Shown: positions 26,608 to 34,690, numbered from the stretch's first letter. The stretch is 64,000 nucleotides of DNA from an uncultured Thermoplasmata archaeon (GCA_963768855.1 CAVYJM010000010.1:3545-67544); one strand, 5' to 3'. The notes: a model not told the origin generated them from the sequence alone. A program made the numbers and translations.

Positions 26608-26751
26608 CTACCTAACCTTGATGACTCCCATGAGCAACAGGACCACAACCGCTAGCACGATTGCGCCAAGGAGACCAAACACCAGCCAGCCGATCAGGAA
26701 TGCCACCACGGAGCCCAGTCCAATGTGAGACCATTGCACGGTTATTGCCAT
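26608..26751 (-). CDS. Possible 47-aa single-pass membrane peptide
   Basis: MAITVQWSHIGLGSVVAFLIGWLVFGLLGAIVLAVVVLLLMGVIKVR. It follows the 111-aa membrane gene after a short gap. Support comes from hydrophobicity only. Confidence 0.3.
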   Translation of the reverse strand: MAITVQWSHIGLGSVVAFLIGWLVFGLLGAIVLAVVVLLLMGVIKVR

Positions 26752-26761
26752 CCATTCCACC

Positions 26762-27097
26762 TCACAGAGGACCGATGACGGTGGGCAGGATAAAGCCCAC
26801 GACCGCAGCGACAATCCACACGATGACCGCGACCACGAGCGCCTTGAGCCATCCCATCTCGTACAGACTCCCGAGCGCCAGCAGCCATACGAAGCCACCG
26901 ATCAAGCCCGCAAGGAGCCCCTGACCCAGGAAGTAATACGCCAAGGCGTAGATGATGGCCCCGACGAGGGCGGCCAACAAGGCCGTCCCGATCCCTTCCT
27001 TCTCCCCGAAGAGCTTCGTGACCACGTAGATGATGATCGCCGAGATGATCCATCCGATGAGGAAGAAGACCAAGGTCGTGACGAGCGACACTGCCAT
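26762..27097 (-). CDS. Small membrane protein (about 111 aa, 3-4 TM)
   Basis: MAVSLVTTLVFFLIGWIISAIIIYVV...; immediately downstream of the microprotein ORF. A truncated copy of its 5' end (MEMSVSLAAASAS*) follows repeat copy 1. Confidence 0.45.
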   Translation of the reverse strand: MAVSLVTTLVFFLIGWIISAIIIYVVTKLFGEKEGIGTALLAALVGAIIYALAYYFLGQGLLAGLIGGFVWLLALGSLYEMGWLKALVVAVIVWIVAAVVGFILPTVIGPL

Positions 27098-27111
27098 TTC
27101 CAATCACCCCA

Positions 27112-27234
27112 GTGTCCTCACGTCTTCATGATCTGTCGGCCTGCTTTGCGCTTTCGGACACGACCACGTCCACCCGGGGACTTCGCGGCCCGCCTCTTGG
27201 CCGCGGTCATTCTGCCGCCTCGGCTCTTCTTTGC
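27112..27234. repeat. Copy 2 of the 123-nt direct repeat (intact microprotein copy)
   Basis: See 26469-26591. Confidence 0.8.
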
Positions 27235-27237
27235 CAT
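27118..27237 (-). CDS. Candidate 39-aa Arg/Lys-rich microprotein
   Basis: An ATG-initiated ORF, MAKKSRGGRMTAAKRRAAKSPGGRGRVRKRKAGRQIMKT. The paralogous copy keeps the reading frame (no indels in 123 nt), which argues for coding constraint. It is below the ORF-track length cut-off. Confidence 0.4.
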   Translation of the reverse strand: MAKKSRGGRMTAAKRRAAKSPGGRGRVRKRKAGRQIMKT

Positions 27238-27358
27238 GAGTATAACCTTCTCCGATATCCAGAATCGCCACTCCACGGTTGGCCTCCCCCCTCAGGCCTG
27301 CGCGGCCCTCGGACAAGTATATTAGGTTCGTGTCCGATTCCCCCAACGGTTCTGGTTT

Positions 27359-28276
27359 ATGTGGTCACCAGACGACCAAGACATTCGTATCGTCAGGGCG
27401 CTGGCTTCGCCCCACTCGTTTCAGTGGGACGTCCGGATTTCCTATGCTAACGTGGCCAAGGGGCTCGCCCTCGACGAAGAGACAGTCAGGAACCGGCTGA
27501 GACGCATGAACGAGGTGGGGTTCCTGCAGGGATGGCAGCTCGTTCTCAACCCGAGCATGCTTGGCCGAAAAGCCGCCATGGTGGAGCTGGGGGTCAGCGC
27601 CCCGGAATCGAAGACCAGAGCGATTTCACGACTCAGACTCCTGGAGGGCGTGACGCTCATCGATGACTTCTATGGCAACAAGCTCGCCGTCCAAGTCTTG
27701 TACGTGAATGTGGGGACGCTGGAGAGACAGGTTCAACTGATCGCCTCCCTTTGCGACTGGCCAACCCCGGTTTGGTGGAAGCTCGGCTTCCCTCCCTGCG
27801 ATCTGACCCCTACCAGGACGGACTGGCAGATCATCCAAGCCCTGCGACAGAATGCGAGAGGGAGCCTGTCCGACGTCTCCCGCAGCCTGCGGATCTCTAC
27901 TCGGACAGTCAAGAGGCACCTGCAACACTTGGTCGAAGGGAATGCGTTCTACCTCGATCCCGTCCTGGACTTGGGAAAGGTCGGCGGCGTGCGATGCCGA
28001 CTCTGGGTCGTCTGCGAAGCGAACAAGAAGGAAGCCGTCGACCAGATGATTCTGTCCGGACTCCCGAGGATTATCTCGACCCACACCGCGCCGCAGGAGT
28101 ACTCCCTTTTCGTCGTCCACTGCTCCAACGCGTCGGAGGTGCAGGAGATCTCGCAGTGGGCGGGGAAGCTGGAGGGCGTCAAGGAAGTCCGATCGAACAT
28201 CGACGTGGAACATATCCACATTCAGGAATGGCTTGACGAGGAAATTGAGAAACGGTCGTCGACGCCGGCCTCCTAG
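27359..28276 (+). CDS. Tandem (double) Lrp/AsnC-type transcriptional regulator
   Basis: Two HTH plus ligand-domain modules in one chain: DIRIVRAL...SYANVAKGLALDEETVRNRLRRM... and DWQIIQALRQNARGSLSDVSRSLRISTRTVKRHLQHL... Confidence 0.6.
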   Translation: MWSPDDQDIRIVRALASPHSFQWDVRISYANVAKGLALDEETVRNRLRRMNEVGFLQGWQLVLNPSMLGRKAAMVELGVSAPESKTRAISRLRLLEGVTLIDDFYGNKLAVQVLYVNVGTLERQVQLIASLCDWPTPVWWKLGFPPCDLTPTRTDWQIIQALRQNARGSLSDVSRSLRISTRTVKRHLQHLVEGNAFYLDPVLDLGKVGGVRCRLWVVCEANKKEAVDQMILSGLPRIISTHTAPQEYSLFVVHCSNASEVQEISQWAGKLEGVKEVRSNIDVEHIHIQEWLDEEIEKRSSTPAS

Positions 28277-28375
28277 CCTGCACACGCCTCCACTAGGAAG
28301 ACCGGCGGACCGCTCTTGACGGAGAGTCTCCCGCAGGTTGGGGGAGACCAGGAAGCGCGTTGCGCGCGTCCGCCA

Positions 28376-28720
28376 TTACTGGAGGACCGGATCGCGGCAA
28401 TCCCTTCTGCGTCCAGGCCTGGAAGGCAGGGGACGACCAGCGCAAGGAAGACCATCACGCCGAGCGGCGACCGATGCGATTAGGAGACGAGATCGACAAA
28501 CGATCCATTGCGTGCCGCCAGGAGGCGCCGCCCCAGCGGTGCTCTCACTTGTCGCGTTGTCGACGAGCTCGCAGATGAATCGCGACACGGAAACGCCGTG
28601 GAGAGCGGCCTCCGCCCTCCACTCCCCGAACATGTCGGAGGTCGGGAAGTAGACCGTCACGGTCCTCTGTTCGGTCGTATGCGTTTTTCCCCGCTTGGAG
28701 CTTGCCGGGCCTTTCTTCAT
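28376..28720 (-). CDS. Ribbon-helix-helix (CopG-like) DNA-binding protein
   Basis: The N-terminal RTVTVYFPTSDMFGEWRAEAALHGVSVSRFICELV shows the beta-alpha-alpha RHH pattern. The C-terminal ~60 codons read through direct repeat A and may not be genuine. It is divergent from cls with only a 39-nt spacer. Confidence 0.5.
   Translation of the reverse strand: MKKGPASSKRGKTHTTEQRTVTVYFPTSDMFGEWRAEAALHGVSVSRFICELVDNATSESTAGAAPPGGTQWIVCRSRLLIASVAARRDGLPCAGRPLPSRPGRRRDCRDPVLQ
28416..28519. repeat. Direct repeat A (left flank of the RHH-cls-PHP cassette)
   Basis: About 75-78% identical, with one 1-nt indel, to 31333-31435 (manual alignment). It carries a degenerate copy of the radical SAM gene's last codons and stop (AARNGSFVDLVS* versus AERVGSFVGLAS*). 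Confidence 0.75.
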
Positions 28721-28759
28721 GTGTATCGGTATTTAGAGCGCTTCACTCATACCACTTGT

Positions 28760-30226
28760 ATGGCCTTGGTGGACGTCTGGAACTTCATACTGGGCGACCC
28801 TCTGAAGATTTTCCTCTGGATTAACGCGGCCCTCATCATCATCACCATCATCTTCATAAAACCCAGGAAGGTGACCTCGGTCTATCTCTGGATCGCTGCC
28901 TTCCTGGTCCTGCCTGTGGTCTTCGTTCTGATCTTCTACCTCTTCTTCGGCCGTGACTATCATCACCGCCAGGTCTTCAGGAACAAGGGAGTAAGCGATG
29001 TCCAGGTGGTGGAGCTGCTCCGGCAGCAGCGGAAGACGCTGGCCTTCTCCAGTGACACCTACGAGAACACGCTGCACGAGAACATGTGGCTGGCGAAGAT
29101 GCTGCTCAACACGAACCGCAGCTTCGTGACCTCGGACAACGAGGTGCGCTACATCAACGACGGCAACGAGTTCTTCGAGACCATGTTCGCGCAGATTCGC
29201 AGCGCGAAGCACTTCATTCACCTCGAGATGTATATCGTGCGCGACGACGAGCTCGGCAGAAGACTGGCGCATGAGCTCGCCCTGAAGGCCAAGGAGGGCG
29301 TAGAGGTCAAGCTGCTGGTGGACGCGGTGGGCTCGCACAAGCTGCCCCGCAAGTTCTTCCAGGAACTGCGGGATGCGGGAGGCAAGACGGCCGAGTTCTT
29401 CCCCTCCTGGATCCGGGCCGTCAACACCCGCTTCAACAACCGCAACCACCGCAAGCTGATGATCGTGGATGGCGAGGAGGGCTTCTGCAGCGGCTTCAAC
29501 GTCGGCATCGAGTATATCGGCCGAGGCCCGCTGGGCCCGTGGCGGGACGACGCGGTCTTCCTCAGGGGCGGGTCGACCATCGCGCTGGAGGCGCGTTTCA
29601 TCCAAGACTGGAACTTCGCGGCCAAGGACAATACCACAATCACGCCGTATCTGCCCGATGGCCCGGGCCCCGGCAAGAGCCAAGTGCAAATCGTCTCCGG
29701 AGGGCCGGACACGGAGTACAGCCCCATCAATCATCACTATCTGAAGATGATCACCTCCGCCACGAAGAAGGTCTACATCCAGACGCCCTACTTCGTTCCA
29801 GAAGACCCCATCGCCACCGCCCTGCGAATGGCGGCCGAGTCGGGGGTCGAGGTGAAGCTCATGATCCCCAGCAAGCCGGACCATCCCTTCGTGTTCTGGG
29901 CCACGACCTACAACGCAGGCGAACTGCTGAGGTCGGGAGTGCATGTCTACAAGTTCCGACCCGGGTTCATCCATGCTAAGATCTGCATGATCGATGACCA
30001 GGTCGCCAGCGTGGGGAGCGCCAACTTCGATGTGAGGAGCTTCGAGCTTAACTTCGAGACCAACGCCGTCATCTACGATGCCGATGTCGCGGCCGCCATT
30101 CGTGACAAGTTCCTTGACGATGTCGCCAACCGCAGCGACGAGCTGACCAAGGAATCGTACGCCCAGCGCGGGAATTGGGTCAAGTTCAAGGAGGCCATCG
30201 CGCGCCTCTACACCCCCATCGCCTGA
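28760..30226 (+). CDS. cls: Cardiolipin synthase (PLD superfamily, two HKD motifs)
   Basis: Two N-terminal TM helices, HKD-1 HRKLMIVDGEEGFCSGFNVG and HKD-2 IHAKICMIDDQVASVGSANFDVRSFELNFE. Visibly lower GC than the flanking chromosome. Confidence 0.85.
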   Translation: MALVDVWNFILGDPLKIFLWINAALIIITIIFIKPRKVTSVYLWIAAFLVLPVVFVLIFYLFFGRDYHHRQVFRNKGVSDVQVVELLRQQRKTLAFSSDTYENTLHENMWLAKMLLNTNRSFVTSDNEVRYINDGNEFFETMFAQIRSAKHFIHLEMYIVRDDELGRRLAHELALKAKEGVEVKLLVDAVGSHKLPRKFFQELRDAGGKTAEFFPSWIRAVNTRFNNRNHRKLMIVDGEEGFCSGFNVGIEYIGRGPLGPWRDDAVFLRGGSTIALEARFIQDWNFAAKDNTTITPYLPDGPGPGKSQVQIVSGGPDTEYSPINHHYLKMITSATKKVYIQTPYFVPEDPIATALRMAAESGVEVKLMIPSKPDHPFVFWATTYNAGELLRSGVHVYKFRPGFIHAKICMIDDQVASVGSANFDVRSFELNFETNAVIYDADVAAAIRDKFLDDVANRSDELTKESYAQRGNWVKFKEAIARLYTPIA

Positions 30227-31126
30227 TCACTTAGGCTTTTCCTGGTTCAGCTCGTTCCGCACCCGGCGGAGGTAGTGCTTGAACCGCGGGGCGTTTTGCT
30301 GGTAGTTTATGGCCATGGCGGGCAGGAAGTAGCGGCTGTGCTTGGCCACCATCACCATGCCCGTGGCCAGCTTCTGCAGCGGCCCCTTCTCGCAGCCTAT
30401 GACCACGTTCCGGCGGGCCGCAATCGCGTCCAAGAAGCCCTCCAACGTCGTCTCGTGAGCGCAGGTGACGACGCCCCCCACGTCCGAGAGCATGTGTCCG
30501 TCCGTGCCGCCGGTGAAGGCCATCTTCCTTTCATGCGCCAGCCGCATCGCCTTGACGTTCAGCGAGTGCGTCATGCCGCCGGATATCACCTCCAGGCCAT
30601 CGAAGCGCCTCACGGTCTCCGGCGACAGGTACTTCGCGCCAATGCTCTTCAGCAGACCCTTGTTGAAGATCAGATAGCCATAGGGGTGCGCCGCGATCGT
30701 GACGCAGTTGTACTCCTCGGCGCGGTCGACAATCTCCTGCGTGCCTAGCTTGATGGCCAGCCAAGGGCTGCCCTGCCGGTTCGGCTCGATGTGGCGCCTG
30801 AAATAGTCCTCCAGGTCGCGAGGCGAATAGAAGTAGGTGAGGATATGGGGGCCGTCGAAGGCGCTGACCTCCATGCCCGGGACTACCAGCAGGTCCCCCC
30901 GGTCCCTGAAGGCTTGCAGAGATCCGGAGATGACGTTGTGATCGGTGATGGCCACCCCGAAGTCGCGCATGCGGGCTTTCGCCAGCACATCGTGCACCCG
31001 GGCATGGCCGTCCGAGTGGTCTGTGTGGAAGTGCATGTCGACGGCCGATAGGCCTTCCGTCTCCAGCTGTACCATGTCGGGGATCTCGAAACGGACCGGC
31101 CCGCTGCTGTGGTCTGAGCGCGGCAT
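30227..31126 (-). CDS. PHP-domain metal-dependent phosphoesterase
   Basis: DMHFHTDHSDGH, ITDHN, AAHP and GGTDGH metal-ligand blocks. Its stop codon abuts the cls stop with zero spacer. Confidence 0.7.
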   Translation of the reverse strand: MPRSDHSSGPVRFEIPDMVQLETEGLSAVDMHFHTDHSDGHARVHDVLAKARMRDFGVAITDHNVISGSLQAFRDRGDLLVVPGMEVSAFDGPHILTYFYSPRDLEDYFRRHIEPNRQGSPWLAIKLGTQEIVDRAEEYNCVTIAAHPYGYLIFNKGLLKSIGAKYLSPETVRRFDGLEVISGGMTHSLNVKAMRLAHERKMAFTGGTDGHMLSDVGGVVTCAHETTLEGFLDAIAARRNVVIGCEKGPLQKLATGMVMVAKHSRYFLPAMAINYQQNAPRFKHYLRRVRNELNQEKPK

Positions 31127-31332
31127 CTAGTCCTCGGCCAAGATAGCGACGGGTGGGGTTAGAAGCTATGCGCCAACCTAGCACCAAATAGGCGCTCAGG
31201 ATCGCATTTCGCCGGTGAGGAACGAATGCGTCTTCACCCCTCCTGCCGGTTCGCTTCCATCGATGAATCGATGTTGCTCGGGCTGGTCGCTGGGTTCTTC
31301 ATCAGCATCGGTTTCGTCTCTCCGACAGCCAA

Positions 31333-31435
31333 GGCATGGAAGGCAGGGATCGCCGTCCGAGGGAAGAGCGTCGCGCCGGGCGGTGACGGAACCGATTAGG
31401 AGGCAAGGCCGACGAACGATCCAACGCGTTCCGCT
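31333..31435. repeat. Direct repeat B (right flank of the cassette; contains the true 3' end of the radical SAM gene)
   Basis: See 28416-28519. Confidence 0.75.
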
Positions 31436-33021
31436 ACGGCGGGATCGTCGAGGGCGGCGGCGAATTCGACCAGGGTCGCAAACGGTCGGCGCCGCACGAT
31501 GCGCGCCGCGCGCTTGGCCCCGACGCCGGGCAGGGCCTCAAGGGCCCTCAACGAGGCGCGATTCACGTCAAGCGGGAACTCCACGCCGGTCACGGACCGC
31601 TCGCCGTGGCTCGTGATCTTCACGTCCACGAACCGAGTGACGTCGAGATCATAGGGCAAGCCGACGAGGATTGGATAAGTTCCGATCTGGCGCCCGTACG
31701 TCACGTGGCCGTGTCGAATCTCGAGATACACGTCTCGCAGAACGGTTCCTTCGGGGAGGACGCGGCGGAGCATTTCATGGTCGACGCCTGCCCGCACAGA
31801 TTCCTTGAAACGCCGGAACTCGGAATGCAGCCCCGTGGGCTCGAATTCCTGGCGTACGGGACGAACCTGGCGGATGTTGATCCGCCGAACCCAGAGGTCC
31901 TCCTCGAGGAGATGCTTCAGAAAGGCGAGATTCAGATCGAAGGTCTTCTTCGTTTCGCCCGTCAAACCCGTGACGAAGTTGAGACCAGGTAGGAGCTGCG
32001 GCAGGCCGTTTTCCCCACGCTCCCGGCCCACGGCGTTGACCATGCGGATGGCCTGAAGACATCCGTCCGCGTCGATGTTGAGGTTGTTCGCCTCCGTGAC
32101 CGCGGGATCCGCGGACTCGAGGCCGAAGGAGAGAAGGTTGCCCGGGGACGTGTACCGCACCAGGAGGCGGAGAGCCGCCGTGGCCTCGTCCGGATGGGCG
32201 ACCATCATCGCAGGGTCGCCGTTGTCCGTGTGGAGGATCCGCAGCCGCGGCGCGGCCTCGTGGATCCCGCGGAGGAGGGCCTCAAGCGCCGGGACGTTGA
32301 CCTGCGGCGTCGGAGAGCCGCCGAGGCCGATCGCCTGGTAGCTGAAGAAGTCCGCCTGGCCTCCGAGGCGGAAATTGACCGCGCCGAGGGACGCGAGCTT
32401 CCGGACCTCCGCAAGGATCCCGTCCAGCGGGCGGAACTTCGTGATCCCGTACTGAGGCTCGACACAGAAGCTGCAGCCGCCGTTCACGTAGCGCACGCAG
32501 CCCTTCGTGGTGTCGATCTCGACGATGAGCGGTTCCGGGAAGTCAGGATGCCGGGCGATGACGTCCGCGCCGAGGAGGGCCCAACGGTCCCACTCCGCCA
32601 TCGTGCGGTCGCGGTCCTCCCACTCGCCCTTCGTCAGGTGGTCGTACACGCAGACATCGAGGTCGCGGACCGCCACATGGTCGAACGGCTCGACGAGGGC
32701 GTCGTCGAAGAAGCGGAACCGGGCCAGGGGACCGCCGAACACGCTCGGGCCCTTGAAGGCGGTTGCGTGACGGAGGATCTCCTTCTCGCTGATGGGCAGG
32801 CTCCGGAGGTACTTGCCCGGGACGATCGGCCCGGAGATGATCGCGAGGAGGTCGCCGTGGAGCGGGTGACCGGCGCGCGCCCGGTCGATCGTGACATACT
32901 CCCATTCATGGCCCGCATCCGCCACGGCGCCTGCGAGGTACCGCGGGTACGGGGAAATGAAGGGCGGCACGCCGAAGTTGGACGGCTCGTCGACGTAGCC
33001 GTCCAGGATCACGACCTTCAT
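31396..33021 (-). CDS. Radical SAM-family protein with a C-terminal helix-hairpin-helix
   Basis: Cys cluster TKGCVRYVNGGCSFC, TIM-barrel-like core (NFRLGGQADFFSY, HTDNGDP) and C-terminal HhH LEALPGVGAKRAARIV. Confidence 0.6.
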   Translation of the reverse strand: MKVVILDGYVDEPSNFGVPPFISPYPRYLAGAVADAGHEWEYVTIDRARAGHPLHGDLLAIISGPIVPGKYLRSLPISEKEILRHATAFKGPSVFGGPLARFRFFDDALVEPFDHVAVRDLDVCVYDHLTKGEWEDRDRTMAEWDRWALLGADVIARHPDFPEPLIVEIDTTKGCVRYVNGGCSFCVEPQYGITKFRPLDGILAEVRKLASLGAVNFRLGGQADFFSYQAIGLGGSPTPQVNVPALEALLRGIHEAAPRLRILHTDNGDPAMMVAHPDEATAALRLLVRYTSPGNLLSFGLESADPAVTEANNLNIDADGCLQAIRMVNAVGRERGENGLPQLLPGLNFVTGLTGETKKTFDLNLAFLKHLLEEDLWVRRINIRQVRPVRQEFEPTGLHSEFRRFKESVRAGVDHEMLRRVLPEGTVLRDVYLEIRHGHVTYGRQIGTYPILVGLPYDLDVTRFVDVKITSHGERSVTGVEFPLDVNRASLRALEALPGVGAKRAARIVRRRPFATLVEFAAALDDPAVAERVGSFVGLAS

Positions 33022-33069
33022 GGACCGGAATCCATGCCGCCCTCGCGATAAAAGGGCTTCGCCCCATCC

Positions 33070-33342
33070 TCAGGCAGGCTTCTTCTCCGGCTCCTTGCCC
33101 GCGAGGCGGCTGATCAAGATGATGAAGATGATCAGCACGACGGTGAGGATGACGGCCGTCACGACGAAAATGCCCCACCCTGCCCAGTTCGCCGGCGCAG
33201 TGGTGCTAACCCCTGCCGCCGAAAGGCCGCCCTGCACGACTTGGTTCCACAACAGCGCAATCACGAAGCCGAAGGCCGAAGCCATCGACGTTGCAATCGT
33301 TTTGCGCACTTCCGTCACCGAGAGTTTCTTGTCCTCCGCCAT
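33070..33342 (-). CDS. Small membrane protein (DUF5654-like)
   Basis: 90 aa. SAFGFVIALLWNQVV plus a C-terminal TM helix. Confidence 0.4.
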   Translation of the reverse strand: MAEDKKLSVTEVRKTIATSMASAFGFVIALLWNQVVQGGLSAAGVSTTAPANWAGWGIFVVTAVILTVVLIIFIILISRLAGKEPEKKPA

Positions 33343-33414
33343 ACCAACCCTCGGAGGGGGAATCGACCACCCGAGAATTGTGCTTTTCGGCCCCCGTCCG
33401 CTCGTGTTCGGATC

Positions 33415-33867
33415 CTAGTGGGACCGCCGCGCCGGACCTTTCTCCTTCGAGACCACCCGGATCCCCTCGATCTGCGCGGCGGGGTACTGCCCCCGCGCAT
33501 CCTTCTCGAGGGACTTCACCATGTCCCAGACCGTGAGCAGCGCGACGCTCACGCCGTACAGCGCCTCCATCTCGACGCCCGTCTTGTACGTCGCCGCGAC
33601 GGTCGTCGTGCAAACGACGCGGTCCGCGCGGACGTCGAGCTCGACCGCCGCCGACGTAAGGGGGATCGGATGGCAGTGGGGCAGGGCCTGCCACGTGGAC
33701 TTGATCGCCTGGAGCCCGGCGACTTCCGCCGCGGCGATCGGATCGCCCTTCTCCACGCGCCCGGCGCGGATGGCGCGGACCGTGGCGGCACGGAGGCGGA
33801 TCGTCCCGGTGGCCACGGCCCGCCGCGGCACGTCGGGCTTCGCCTGGATGTCGACCATCCGCGCCAT
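33415..33867 (-). CDS. moaC: Cyclic pyranopterin monophosphate synthase accessory protein MoaC
   Basis: MVDIQAKPDVPRRA..., KGDPIAAAEVAG and YKTGVEMEALYGVSVALLTVWDM. Confidence 0.85.
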   Translation of the reverse strand: MARMVDIQAKPDVPRRAVATGTIRLRAATVRAIRAGRVEKGDPIAAAEVAGLQAIKSTWQALPHCHPIPLTSAAVELDVRADRVVCTTTVAATYKTGVEMEALYGVSVALLTVWDMVKSLEKDARGQYPAAQIEGIRVVSKEKGPARRSH

Positions 33868-33913
33868 GGGTCCCCGCAAGCGAGGCGTCGCTATATCACG
33901 ATTCGCGCGCCCG

Positions 33914-33988
33914 GGCATTGTCAACACACGTGCGCACGTCCGACGCATCGGACGGTCCATTCCCATCGCGCGCGCGAGGCATTGTCAA
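33914..33988. repeat. Two copies of GGCATTGTCAA (each preceded by TCGCGCGC and followed by TCGGACG) upstream of moaC
   Basis: Copies at 33914-33924 and 33978-33988, 64 nt apart, in the 340-nt intergenic region upstream of the moaC TATA (GATATAGC on the minus strand). Confidence 0.45.
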
Positions 33989-34207
33989 GTCGACTGTGTC
34001 GGACGCCGGAGCGCTTAACTACGCCCCGGGCCGCTGAGGCGAGCTCGTGCGGATGGGACATGGCGCGCACGAAGGGATGGGACGGGACGCCGCGACGCGG
34101 CCTCCTGAGATGGCGATTCCTTCACCGCGTCCCCGCCGCCAAGCCTGGCCGGCTGAGCGGTCCGCGAACGGCTCCGGGGCCGGGCGAGACGACGTGAGGC
34201 GAAGGAC

Positions 34208-34690
34208 ATGGGAAACCTGAGAAGAATCGTGGGCGTGGGCCTGGCCGTCGCCTTGGTGGCGACGCTCGCAGTCTACGTGCTCATCCCCAAGACGGGGACC
34301 ACCGCGAACAACGTGGTGGTCAATGAGCCGCAGAGCCCAACGAGCGGCGGCACGACCAGCACGACGACCGGTGGTCACGGCCACGGCGGCCATGCCGGCG
34401 GATCGGGCACGACCCCGACACCGTCGACCCCGCCGACGAGGCCGCCGAAAGCCCATGGGCAGAACAGCAACGGGCCCAAGCACGTGATCTGCCTGCCCGT
34501 GAAGGACCACTCGGGCAACGGGGTCTCGGAGTACCAGGGCGCGAACCAGTACCGCGGACAGTGCGCGGCTGGGTCGGCGCTCGGCGCCCAAGGCCACGGA
34601 CACCAGGCAACGGCCTCGACCGGGGATGTCGCATCGGCGCAGGCGCTCTTCCGCGCACACGCCAAGAACGGCAGCCACGGGAGCAACTGA
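34208..34690 (+). CDS. Hypothetical membrane-anchored or secreted low-complexity (Thr/Gly/His/Pro-rich) protein
   Basis: An N-terminal TM/signal segment IVGVGLAVALVATLAVYVLI followed by TSGGTTSTTTGGHGHGGHAGGSGTTPTPSTPP. Confidence 0.4.
   Translation: MGNLRRIVGVGLAVALVATLAVYVLIPKTGTTANNVVVNEPQSPTSGGTTSTTTGGHGHGGHAGGSGTTPTPSTPPTRPPKAHGQNSNGPKHVICLPVKDHSGNGVSEYQGANQYRGQCAAGSALGAQGHGHQATASTGDVASAQALFRAHAKNGSHGSN

Noticed and set aside
28760-30226. The PLD-superfamily gene considered as a nuclease-type defence effector, with the adjacent PHP protein as partner.
   Set aside because: It has the two N-terminal TM helices, the size (488 aa) and the duplicated HKD spacing of bacterial cardiolipin synthases. 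There is no helicase, ATPase or methylase partner. The ordinary lipid-synthase reading is better supported.
31215-31616. A 133-aa + strand ORF (Arg/Ser/Pro-rich) spanning the cassette/radical SAM junction.
   Set aside because: It has shadow-frame composition and overlaps the genuine 3' end of the radical SAM gene. Only the short 42-aa TM mini-ORF (31271-31399) in another frame looks even marginally coding, and that one is mentioned under the cassette finding.
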